Assembly (NCBI GenBank): GCA_001643675.2
Contig: LSRY02000044.1
Span: 682,001-746,000 of the forward strand
Direction of reading: 5' to 3'
Source: Monocercomonoides exilis PA203
Taxonomy: Eukaryota > Protista > Preaxostyla
Length of the DNA stretch: 64,000 nt
This document shows positions 38,001-47,851 of the stretch, piece by piece (positions within the stretch are counted from its first letter, which is position 1; each line of letters starts with the position of its first letter). The position numbers and the translations under genes are program-made. The notes under the pieces were generated by a model. The model was not told the DNA's origin. It searched no databases and was given only the letters and a program-made list of their open reading frames with translations.

Positions 38001-41000
38001 TCAACAATCAGATTCCCTCCTGCCATCTCAATGATGCTGTATCCGATCTTTCCATCAGTCAATGCCCCATTCTCAAATGAGACTGAACAGTTCGTCACAC
38101 TGAGTGTTGATGTTGAATGGATGAATGCACTTCTCCTTGCTTTTAACTGACCTTTCACAACAAATGAAAGTCTCCTCATTGTCAGTGAACTCGAACATCC
38201 AACAAGCCTATCTTGTGTGGCTGATCTTCCATCACTCACATTCACTCCCATCCTCTCTCCATCCTCTGATGATGATGACACTATTCTGCCTGAAATTATC
38301 ACACCAAATGATGTTGGTCCTGTTATTTCCTTCGTTATTGACGAAGATGAGACAACCTCGATTTCATTCACAGTGCTGCTCAATCTTGAGTTCGCACAAT
38401 AATCAATTGTCAAACACCCAAACCCTTCAAATCCACAATGATCGTGATCCTTCCCATTTCCTCCACTCCCATCAACAATCACTTTTGTTCCCATTGTGCA
38501 TAAATACACAAACAGTGGAATCACTCCACTTTCATTCCCATCCTCGCTCCCACTCAACCTCAATACATCTGATGGAATGGTGCTTGTATCAAAAAATGCA
38601 AATGAGCTGGTATTCACTTTTGACTCCAAAAACACACCACTCCCACAATCAACAAACACATCCTTCCCATATTCTGCCACATTCCCACGATCTTTCGAAA
38701 ACTTCACATTCTGCCCAATTGTCAATCCACATCCTCCACTCTCCATCAGCACAAACATCCCTCCTCCTCTCCCTCCATTTCCCCCACTTCCCCCATTATT
38801 CTCTGCCTTATTCCCATCAATCACACTCGTTCCATTAACATCAAATTTCCCGCTTCCTTGCAAGCAGGCAAAAATACCTCCACCATTCCCAGTTTTGCAC
38901 ACACATTCCTCAATTGTTGTGTTCCACACCACAAATGTCTCTCCTCCCTTCACACTCTTTGCCATCACCACTCCATCTCCTTCTGTCCGATTCACATTCC
39001 GAATTGTCACATTCCCAAGCAAACTCTCTCCTGATGACGATCCGGCTGATAATGGTTCAGAAAACAGAGGCTGTAATATTTTTATATTTTCAATCTCCAC
39101 ATCAATCGTCTTCAATTGCTTCAGCGCCACTTCAAACACAGATGCTGATATAACACTCCCTCCTGATGTTGAAGAGTTGAGCACCACATCCTCCAGCAAA
39201 AGAGTCCCGCTCCCCAATGACACCACAAACACACTTGGCGATGGGCTTCTTGTCGCGTTGTGATCAATCCCCACATGCCCCACCACCAGTTGGCCAGTAG
39301 ATATGCCAAACAGCGTTGTCGAAGTCGAAGAAAGTTCACTTGTCCCAATCACACTCACTGTCTTCCCTTTCCCCAAAACAGAAATCTTCTTTTCCTCAAC
39401 ACTGATCGTCACCCCTTCACTCACATGCTTCCCACCCAGCAACGTGATTGTCGAGCTCAGCTGCGCCATGCTCAACCCCACTGCATGTCCCACTGTCTTG
39501 CAAGGTGCTGCCTCGCTCATCCCACACAGATTGTTTGCGTCATCCCCACCCACCCCAACATACCGATCCTTCATCCCTTCCTTCAACCAATCCTTCTTTT
39601 CTGTGTGCTGAAACACATAACTGGTCGACTGCAAATATGTATAACAAATTCTCTTCTCATTTGTATTCGTTGTGTATGATTCATAAAACGGGTTATTCGA
39701 TTTTTTAAAAATATTATAATAGTCTTGAAAGCAAACATCGTGGCCATATGGAGTGGAGGCGTTGCAACTGCAATCGTGGAAGAAGAAGAAATAGCAATAA
39801 GTGTTGTTGATTGGTGCTTCCGATTGATAAGGTACAATAAACAATCCTCCGCCATATGATGCCGCAGAACACGAAATAAATTGGACACTTCGCATATTAA
39901 ATGCAGTCGGAACATTTTGACAGCCAATCCCCCCACCATATGAACCTGTGAGCGCACACGAAGTGAAACAGCACTCAAACACACAAGCACTCTCTCCTTT
40001 CCCACTTTCTGTTTCAAAGCATTCAGTCCCCAAAGCGTTGAAATTTTGAAAATAAAGCCCCCCTCCCCAGTCGTTTGCTTCACAATTCTGGAATTCGCAA
40101 CCACTGATCCTGAAACATGACGAAATTGATTCAGAATACATCCCTCCCCCTTCATTTTTTTTGGCAGTGCAAGCATTGAATGAGTTGTTCTCAATCTTGA
40201 CTGAATTGATTGAATGACAAAAAATTCCTCCACCGCCATAATGCGCATAGCAGTCGTTGAACGAACAAAATTTCACTGAAAGTGTTCCTGATGCCTTATC
40301 ATTCATGTAAATTGCTCCACCATTTGAAGTTCCATCTGAAAAAGAACCACTTGTCCCAGTAGCACTTGACCCGTTCCACACGCACCAAGTGAATGAATTC
40401 GCCCCATTGTCTGCTATCTGCTGTCTCGCTGGTTTCGACGGATTCCCTTCACTTCCACTGATTGCAACATTCCCTGATCGATAGCACCTGGCAAATGAGG
40501 TGTTCGAGGCATCCAAAGACGATGAAGGGCTGTTCAGCGAGGGGACAATGCCCCCATCATACACATCCCACACTGATGAAAATGAGCATCCACTCATCAA
40601 AAACACTCTTTCGCTCAGCCCTTCACCCAGATGTGTTGTTTTCTGTGGATTTGTGGAGATGTTGAAGAATTCTAATTGGGAAAGAGAAACAAAGTGCGAT
40701 GAAATGAATGTGGCTGAAGACACACAAAATGAAGAGAAATGAGAAGAACAAACAGAAATGTGGCATTTCTCTGGAATCTCTCCTTCCACTGCTTTTGAAG
40801 AGAAAAGTGGAGGAAATATCTGTTCAGTCAAGGATGAGGTTGAAGTTGAAGACGATTTGAGGGAAATGTTGGTGAACAATCCACAGCTCCCACAAAAATC
40901 AAAGGGGGGCGTCTCTCTCTCAACTCCAACAACACAGCCACTCACCTCAACAAAACTTCCATCTGATGCCCTGAGCACACTCTCCCCACCCATTTCCCTC

Positions 41001-41425
41001 AATCCCAATGAATTCAGTTTCAGTGATGAATTGACCCCAACAACACTTCCCTCAACCCCACTCCCACCACACGCACCCTCCTTTCCCCACATTTTCCACT
41101 CATCACAAAAACCCCATTTTTCACATTTCCCAATCTCTCCACCTCCTTCATTCCATTGTTTTGTGCATTTCTTCAACATTCTCTCTTCTTTCAAGGTTTC
41201 TCCTACTCCACCTTCTTTTCCTTCAATATGTGTGTCAAATAAATTGTCATCTCCAATTTTGTTGTTTTGAGCCTTCTCTCGCCATGTGCCTTCAGAATAA
41301 TCCAATTCTCCTTCTTTCGCTGATTCCTCAACAAGTCCTACTCCATCGCTTGTAGCACCCTTGCACACGCACCTCACACTAATTATCCACACACAATAAA
41401 ATATTCCTGACAGCACCAATACCAT
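32099..41425 (-). CDS. Giant single-pass receptor-like protein (3108 aa): signal peptide, beta-helix ectodomain, TM helix, degenerate kinase-like tail
   Basis: Hydrophobic N-terminus, many FxxCxA..GGG(I/L) turns, five CG-x4/5-(P/G)C module heads, TM WIIIVVVLVVILLVVLIGFVIFVV followed by RWRK. Kinase C-lobe remnant RWKAPE..VFSIGIMLWE..IPF with no HRD or DFG. Intronless ORF. Confidence 0.9.
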   Translation of the reverse strand: MVLVLSGIFYCVWIISVRCVCKGATSDGVGLVEESAKEGELDYSEGTWREKAQNNKIGDDNLFDTHIEGKEGGVGETLKEERMLKKCTKQWNEGGGEIGKCEKWGFCDEWKMWGKEGACGGSGVEGSVVGVNSSLKLNSLGLREMGGESVLRASDGSFVEVSGCVVGVERETPPFDFCGSCGLFTNISLKSSSTSTSSLTEQIFPPLFSSKAVEGEIPEKCHISVCSSHFSSFCVSSATFISSHFVSLSQLEFFNISTNPQKTTHLGEGLSERVFLMSGCSFSSVWDVYDGGIVPSLNSPSSSLDASNTSFARCYRSGNVAISGSEGNPSKPARQQIADNGANSFTWCVWNGSSATGTSGSFSDGTSNGGAIYMNDKASGTLSVKFCSFNDCYAHYGGGGIFCHSINSVKIENNSFNACTAKKNEGGGMYSESISSCFRISGCEFQNCEANDWGGGLYFQNFNALGTECFETESGKGESACVFECCFTSCALTGSYGGGIGCQNVPTAFNMRSVQFISCSAASYGGGLFIVPYQSEAPINNTYCYFFFFHDCSCNASTPYGHDVCFQDYYNIFKKSNNPFYESYTTNTNEKRICYTYLQSTSYVFQHTEKKDWLKEGMKDRYVGVGGDDANNLCGMSEAAPCKTVGHAVGLSMAQLSSTITLLGGKHVSEGVTISVEEKKISVLGKGKTVSVIGTSELSSTSTTLFGISTGQLVVGHVGIDHNATRSPSPSVFVVSLGSGTLLLEDVVLNSSTSGGSVISASVFEVALKQLKTIDVEIENIKILQPLFSEPLSAGSSSGESLLGNVTIRNVNRTEGDGVVMAKSVKGGETFVVWNTTIEECVCKTGNGGGIFACLQGSGKFDVNGTSVIDGNKAENNGGSGGNGGRGGGMFVLMESGGCGLTIGQNVKFSKDRGNVAEYGKDVFVDCGSGVFLESKVNTSSFAFFDTSTIPSDVLRLSGSEDGNESGVIPLFVYLCTMGTKVIVDGSGGNGKDHDHCGFEGFGCLTIDYCANSRLSSTVNEIEVVSSSSITKEITGPTSFGVIISGRIVSSSSEDGERMGVNVSDGRSATQDRLVGCSSSLTMRRLSFVVKGQLKARRSAFIHSTSTLSVTNCSVSFENGALTDGKIGYSIIEMAGGNLIVDGFVMESGVTLKMNGKSPITMTSGVQLEILNSRVSGVEVEVAGGNGGGGCLNVGMGVNGNVKIEESNFSSRCSGGNGMKGGGMMISVGSGGTLRVKGVKLSGCVVPSEDVENGGRGMGGGMFAELADQMGTFSLESMTFSECNAWKGKNLFEEAQDLRTVINSTSIGFNPEIGIKVADLNELCGRERNKPELIVPLVVFLRTFSSPAYVSGREQGSEFRLCGYEDYPCRTIGEASEYRYPISKRMIRLTSTFSFDEEVQLDGQPYEFDSSNKDVGIKIEATETKTQEALVMNSVSSTLTGILFELGGSIGERSSFVHSSGGTLRFADCGIKMGNGVNSANYVFASASGGKVEIFGMKCGGNVGEVRFVGSVIVVNGSCECLMDEVVVNRTGTNEVSGLIEIATNSSVTIKNCSVLNCDLPSCGAIQIEKCSSITLKNTSFENITRGAGDGGCLCLSSNVDGSKNTMRIENCTFLECEVRENGKRGGGLLVSLENPSELYVSSTRFEKCCAPSTSGSEGKGGGIFLSLVDADARFELSGDLIFDGNEAEYGKNMFILGKDFNSSVTNETFAFDYSSMIDDKTLFAGSDDFHEEKDLFMFLVSYSSFEIFISSEGFDVARCGSEEEPCQTMWKGMENMKEGNGKKTIQIEGSTVIQDSFNLSNYQIKKSVKMGEENVKAILNFEKAIGSQLEYFMVNDEHLELTNIQLQLASGFDNSAKTIISNINGDLVATGCSFHSEAEVNNGFDCVFVDAIGGGVEVNDLSMELYNVGNSIFVIHDSGITCHFVNVRVESLNESRGCILSIKEANTPTKINEECVNIEIDNSSFSGVKRSDNGASILESASENKIYLVVNSSNITEDKAELSEKGGAIFFTLGASGSMKMIDSTISHCSCSNSTGKGGGVYLETKERGDLNFTFVGMKFSSNTARVGNDIFIECFNIPSQINESQFQFDLRENHYSRINAIYGGDSCEYPNDTNLIEFVTIHQSDTIIVSSVNGSNEKQCGTNDLPCYSIEHGLVHLTSEYVSQIFIVEESVIGREINLEEMSLSSKNREMCKVEVKSNIERTKDSLISTRETVSLVRVNFVFNSYFISSHESLISPEGGILEIINCSFSSKQSNEEGNAEYANIPFHIIQMRKGELQLDGCTISNLILQKSSIYLSSSLPSVIYLFEISNSTIKTSLINIKECGQLTTKDFNAENISVEGNEESLISCLTMKKTIQLTNCTMGGVSSKTTKGKLMKLEDCLDVKMDSCIFNGNSKGKNEKNSNTEEDICKWDGSLVDVVKSSVMMKDTTISNSPEGGITMSGREMTVNDGRFENNNPFIEGYPSLRRNIICSDSGTLNVMSLKGGDGVLPNTSLWMLNEGCSFEGIASERDSSFFIPVLESVETKEEANRMKLTFKGMLLIPCNLSFSIVKSLGEEKEIEKHDFDSNGFLSEREVEGSVAKDFISNYGDEIEVSMYILFGNTESPASTGSIILKNKSEIESKAKGDERIVEGGKEGKSYWIIIVVVLVVILLVVLIGFVIFVVRWRKAKEEAKKYKEIVDDNIKKDPKAFEMVTMDMSHEEQWRRAEKKNEENAKKRVFVKTMVHSESEEYLLAESGSTEYILGKDSGKIPDWALEKVDEKEEEEEVEELRKRSPSLSLSSTGTETSYVQIEDVSPTTSSMSNLVDAMACSSPFEKLIVDLRDSLFMLLHGRNEKKEMEIESLEQREMTSALVLFWVANGALHSFDEMEVPLSSLENLSPHIVLFGEGMVISIALHSDCSSDDDSDSSSISSASTSDCSSVSNDDRESVPSPAFEDEPDNWKECLRWKAPELLGNKNMEATRQSVVFSIGIMLWECLSLQIPFGEYSAEVAGWKIKEGELPNMCLIERSSLGGIVRCCTSREAAERMGLADLKREFIQRFPAGAAILTISDSIIEEGETYDDGGGGRGDCGEVRNMAVQGICEVERAMKEEGKEDVGEEVARNGK

Positions 41426-43964
41426 GTCTGTCCAATTGTTATCTTTTCTTTTTTCTATTGCAGACTAATATGGGAACTTCAACAAAAAATATCATTCATC
41501 TTTTGTTGAATATCATATTTTTATATAAAAATAAATATTCTCCTTTGTTATTTTTCAACATTTATTTATGATCCGATGAATAATAGTGAATAATTCGTCC
41601 ATTTTTGTTGATTTTCTGATATTTCAGCCGTCACTCTCCGTCCAGCGATATCTGCCTCTGAGATGGAACAACATATGATTTGGAGCATATAATAACGATG
41701 GCTGTATTTTCATGAGAAAAGGCAATTGGGAAAGAAATGAATGATGTGAAGATTGATGAAAACAGATGAATGGAAGAGGAATGAGCGATGGAAGTTTTGT
41801 GATTCTGCACCACATATAAAAGTATGTCTTTTGGTGGAATGTTTGTGATATTTTTATTTGAAGGGATTTTCGATGTTTTGAAAGAAATGATTGTTTTTGC
41901 CTCGATTGGCTGAAATGGACACTTTCACAAAAGGGATGGGCTGCCTGAAACAAGGTTATATGAGCATTTGGGTTGGGTTTTTGATGTGTTTTTCTCGCAG
42001 ACAGAGATGGAATTTCAGTTCAAGGGAAAAAGACCAAAATGTGGAATGAGTGAAAATGGATATTTTTTTGTTGAGTTAAAGAGGATGCAGGATAGGATGC
42101 AAATTGCTATTGGTTTGCGACAAACTCTGTTTTATTCGAATCTTTTCATAAAAAAATGAATTTGTTATTTAATTTTTTCAAATGATAGGATTTTGGAAGT
42201 TATTTGACAAATGGCTGATGCATTCTGTTTACAGGGAGAATTTCTTTTTTGGAGAAATGTATTGAAAAGGAAAATGAGGAGGAAGAATCAGATTGAAAGC
42301 TATTTTTTGATTGGAATACTGTTGAAGAGAAGGACAAACTACAATGATGATTAAGAAAGAAAAGAATGGAAAAAGATGATTCCATTGAAACAATTCTTTC
42401 GAACGTTTTTGGATCATCGTACATCAGCATCGTTTTGGAAGAGGAGATGGGTTTATGTTCACTCATTAACATATTCTCAGAAGCGACAAAGATATGATTG
42501 AAAGGAAAAGTATTTCTTCTTCTTCTTTAAACGCACATCAAACATCGTCATCTTCCTCCATGCACAGCCTTCTTTGTCATCATATGCTTTATCAGAAATG
42601 ATACAAAGGGAAAGATTATCTGGCTGATCTATGAGAATTCAAGCCATTCCATTTGTGATTGAGCTGCTGAGAAGAGGAAAGAGGAAATAGAAAGAAACAA
42701 CATTTTTCATCATGTTGCTTCTCATTGGCAGCTGCACATCAATTCCTTGAGGCCACAGCCTTTTGCGATTGCTTTCTTCTTTCATCTGCGCTGCTCTCCT
42801 TATTTTACTCTTTCTTCTTCTTCTTCTTCTTCTTCTTCCACAATCCCTTCCTTCACTTCTTCATCTCCTCCTCCGGTCTCCGTCCGTTTTATTCCTCGTT
42901 CTGCTGCATCTTCTTCCTCCTCCTCGTCTGCATTCACAGGAATGGAAGGGGCAGAGAGCCAGCTGGAAGAACAGGCAGATTTGGACACGACTTTTCTGAT
43001 CCCGCCGAGAAAGAAGCGGAGCAGCGAGACAAGAATTGTTGCTATTTCTCCACTTGCATCATCATCAACACTATCATCTTCTTCTTCATCTTCATCTTCA
43101 TCATCATCTTCTTCTTCTTCTATCATCATTTTCTTCTTCTTCATCCTCATTGTTGTCTCGTTTTCTGCTCCCTCTTCCGTTTCACGTGTTTTTCGACACT
43201 TCATCAGCCTCATTCCATTTCCCTCCAGCCATCGGTGCAGCGAGCGAGGCCAACGACCGTGGTTGCAGTGGCGTGAGGCGGATGAGCAGGAAGGGAGAGG
43301 CAGAGGGAGTTGAGGGCGCGGAGGAGTGTGTACGAGCAGGGCAGAAGGGCGGAGGTGGGATGGTGGGCTGCTGCAGAGGCGCTGGCAGGAAATGCGAGGA
43401 CGAGCATTTGGCGAGGCAGTATTGTGTTTGCGAGTTCTTTTTGCAGTCGTTCAGAACAGTTCCGTTTTTGATGGAGAAGCAGACAGGCAGTTCTGGGTGT
43501 GTGATTGGGCTTGAGGAGAGAGGGGCGGGGAAAGGGAGTGGAAGTGTGTTATGTTTTGAAGGTGAAAGGAAAAGCGGAATGGCAGCAGCAGCAGCAACGA
43601 CAACTATTTCAACAATCTCAACAGCGTTGGCGGTACCTGCTTCTTCTCCGATTGCTTCTTCACTCTTTTCGAGTGGCTCAGCGGCATTTGCCAATTCCGC
43701 TGCATCTTCATCTCCACCAATTTCTGTACTTCCTTTTTCCCCTGTAAATGCTTTAACTTCTTCTTCTTCAACTTTATCAATGTTATCATCATCATCATCT
43801 TTTTTTTTTTCCCCTCTTCTCCTTCTTCTTTTCCTTCCTCTTCTTCCTCTTCCTCTCCTTCTTCCAACACACAAACAGATCCCTTTGAGTTTCTCTTCAT
43901 TCTTCGCTCTTTCGTCCGCTCTCCAAACGCACATCTTCTTTACTCCTCTCCTTCTGCTTCTCTT

Positions 43965-45296
43965 ATGCTGCCTTCTTCTTTTCCTTCTTCTTCTTCTGCT
44001 TCTGCTTCTTCCTCTTCCTCTTTTTCTCCTTTAAATTCTTCTTCTTCTTCCTTCACCTCTCATTATTCCTCATCCCAGCCATTAACACCCTCATACTCTC
44101 GAAATGCCTTCACAAATGCTCCTCTTTCTCCTTCTTTCCATTCCTCTTCTCTTGCTGACTCACCCACAAACAACAATGCTGATGATATTCATTTCCCTTC
44201 TTCTTCTCTTTCCAATTTCACTTCTTCTTTTTCTTCTCTGCCTTCTTCTTCTTCTTCCTCCTCCTCTTCCACTTCTTCTTTGTCTTTGTCTTTGAGCAAT
44301 CAGAACTTCGAAAATATTTCATTTCCTTCTGCTTCTCTTTCTTCATTCATTTCAACTTCTCCTTCTCAAACACAATCAGCTTCATCATCATCATCATCAT
44401 CTTCTTCTTCTTCTTCTTCCTCTTCTGATTTGACTGAATACGCACCTTCTATCGCGAATGCAGCTGAATCAGCAGAAAATGCACAAACACCATCTGATTC
44501 TTCTTCTTCTTCTCAGAATGAATTCAATGAAGATCAACAGAATGAAGACATTCCTATGCATTCTTCACCTTCACCTCCTTATTCTCCTCCCCTTCAAACT
44601 TCTTCTTCTTCTGAATCTTCTTCTTCTTCAACTTTATCAATTTCATCATCATCTTCTTCTTCTTCCTTTTCCTTTTCCTCTTCGCCCTGTTCTGATTTGG
44701 AGCAGCAAAAGAAGACGTCTCCATCAAATTCTTCATCTTCTCTTATTCCAAGCGACTTCCTCTTGTTTTGGCGTGTTGTCCCTTCTGATGAATCAACCAA
44801 CAGCTCTTCATCTGAACAATTAAGCCCTTTCTCTTCTTCTTCTTCATCTTTTTATTCTTCATCTTCCTCTTCTTCCTTCTCCTCCTCATCTTCTTCTCTT
44901 TCCCCCTTCTCTTCTCTCCTTTCTTCTCTCTCTCGCTCCATCTCTTCCTCCATTCCACACACCGCCTTCGCCCGCGCCACTCTCTCAGTCCCCTGCGACG
45001 AAAACAGCATCCTCTCCTTCTCTGCCTTCCTGTCTCTCCTCTCTCTCTTCGAATACTCCGTCGCCCAGCCTCTTCTCCAGCTCAACATCATCCGGAGAAT
45101 CATCCGAATTCTCCGGGCAAACAGCAAAAACCCCCATTTCGCGTCTAAATTGGGCACAACTGAGACGCTTATGAGGTTGTTCCCTGATCTGAACGAGGCA
45201 GTCAAGAGAGAATGCATCGAAGTGCTGGCTGTGCACACGCGATGCTCATTGAGCGACCAGAGCTTGGGTGGAAGCTCGCAAATGAATTCTTCTCTG

Positions 45297-45327
<31 letters not shown>

Positions 45328-46418
45328 CTTCTTCTTCTTCTCCTCCTCCTCCTCCTCCTCCTCCTTTGCATTCTTCTCTGTCTCTGCCTTATTCTTCGTC
45401 TTATCTTCCTTCTTTTGCATTGGCATTGAACTTCGCATATCCTTCTTTTTCTCCCTTCCACCCTCTTTTCTCTCTCCCTTCCCACCACTCAACACTTGCG
45501 TCTTCATCTCCTTTATTCAATTCTTTATCTTCTTCCTCTTCTTCTTCCTCTTCTTCCTCTTCTTCCTCTTCATTTGCCTCTAAGCAAAGAATGCTCTCCA
45601 CTCTTCGCAACACCAAAATTGTTGAGCGTGTTTCTTCTCTTCTCGCCTCTTTGGTTGTTCTTTCTGTTTGTGTCAGCCCTGACTATCCAAAAGAATGCGC
45701 ATGGAGCAGCCTGAAGCAATTCTGTGATGATTCTCTTGATGAAGAGAAGGGAAATCTACCTTCTCTCAAGCTGAAAAGCTCTGCTAGTGAATGTTTGATT
45801 AATAATTCTATTGGAAATTCATCAACAGGATTGAATAATTCTTCATCATCTTCTTCGTCCTCCTCCCCCTATTTCATCCCCCCCACCTCCTTCTTCCTCC
45901 ACACCGCCAAGCATCTCCGCTCTCTTTACTCCCGCCACGGCATTTCCGTCCGTCCCGACGAGTTCCCTTTCATTGAGATCGTCACAGACACTTTTGACCT
46001 GGTCTCTTCCTCAATCATCCGAAGAGACATCGGCAGAATCGAAGCAGACGTCGTCACTCACACTCACAATGCTCCTTTCGACTCGCCTTTTTCGACCATT
46101 TCTGCTGCCACCTCGTTTGTGGACCCGGTTTCTTTGGCTAATTCTTCTTTTCCCTCGCCTTCTTTGTCTTCCTCTGCTGCTTCATCAGCTGATGGAAATG
46201 TTGATTCTTCTTCTTTGAATTCTACGTCTTCTTCTCAAACTTTTCATTCTTCTTCATCTTCTTCTTCATCTTCTTCGCTTTCTTCGCCTTCTCTGCCTAA
46301 CCAAGTGCTTCGAATTCTTCGTCTTCATCTTCGTCATTTTCGCCATTTTCTTCATCAAATATTTGGAACATTTGAATTTTTATCTTACGAAAGGGCATAC
46401 ATAATTATCTGTTTTTGA
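43965..46418 (+). CDS. Ser-rich low-complexity hypothetical protein, probably part of a larger disrupted gene (about 42700-46420)
   Basis: 817-aa ORF with poly-Ser tracts separating short helical-looking blocks. No family recognised. Confidence 0.45.
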
Positions 46419-47851
46419 AGGGAAAAGCAGAATAATCACAAAAAGGAAGCCAATGAACTGCGGATATTCATATGCACTGATTAATCACAACTCTTCGTTC
46501 ATTAATTTTGTGATTACGATTCTTAGCCACAAGTAAATTAGCTTTGCACATGTTTTAATATATCTTTTCGATGATATCATAAGAAGCCATATTAATAACT
46601 ATGAAATAATTATCGGATGATTCTGGATTTATCTTTCGTGTTTATTCTCCTTCTTCTTCTTCTTCTTCTGTATCACAAACTTTTTCATCGCCATTCCGCA
46701 CGATTCAGACATCGAGCACATCGTTTGGTTCCTCGTTGGCCACAAAAGATGTTATGATGAGCATGTTTGTTGCCAGAGCGAATAAGTGGCTGAAGATGAA
46801 AGCACTTCTCATTCTGGCAGCGCAAAGCAAAGAGCATGAGATAAAGAATGAGACAAAGAATGCAAAAGAGGAAGAAGAAGAAGATGATGATGACGATAGA
46901 AAATAGAAAAGATAAGCTGTTTGGCAGGACAGAAGAAGGAGAGGACAATTCAAATCCGGAAACAGAAGATGGCAAAGAAGCGAACAAGAAGTCACAGCTG
47001 AGAGCATGCGAGTAAGAAGAGCCCGACCATTTTGCTGGCACTTGAGGAATTATCATTCGACGCGTGTTGAGGTTGTTGCGGAATCGTCCTTCATCAGCAA
47101 AGTGTTGCAAAGATTTTTCAGAGTTTCACAGCAGATATACAGTCATCTGCAAGGAATGCGTACCTTTCGCTATGCTTTTCATCGCCAGGTGCTGCAACGC
47201 AGCCCTTCAGCCGTGATGATTTTCTTCAAAGCCGAACTCAAGAGCAGTTTTCGATTGATATGACTTAAATACTGCACCAATATCGACATATTCTTTATCT
47301 TTTTGAATTTGTGTTGCTTTTCATGATTAAACTGAAAATTTTTGTAAAGAAAGTGTTTGCAGCTCCAACATCTTCATTAAAACAAATGCAATAAAACAAT
47401 TTCAAGTCCTTGCCAATTATATTCGAATGAACTCCAAGTTTTTCTGATAAAAAAATGAAATCGAAGTTTTTGACAGAAACATTTAACTTCAAAAATAATC
47501 ACACTTTTATATTTTCTTATAATAATGTTAAATTTTATTTGATATGTAAGCAAAAAAATGATAAAAACTCTTATCTTGATAAATTTTATTTGTTAATGCA
47601 ATAATACAGTTTTTTTAAAATAAAGTTGTTAATAAAAATCAGAAAAATATAAAACTTGAATGAATAAATAAAATCAACAAAGATGACAAGTAATTACGTT
47701 TGTAAACTGATATTTTGTTTTGATTTTTTTCAAATTACATACATTTTTTAAAATTCAATTTTAAAGGAAATTCTTTTTTTTTTTGAATTTTTGAACCATA
47801 ATTACATTTCATTTTTATTTGTTTCTATTTTTGCATCATATCACAGCCAAT

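Noticed and set aside
32096-41355. Many long antisense ORFs over the receptor genes (also 48110-60113)
   Set aside because: Expected shadows of the biased codon usage on the coding strand.
41620-42500. Possible decayed fragment of another receptor-family gene
   Set aside because: Composition is suggestive but it is too degraded to align with confidence.
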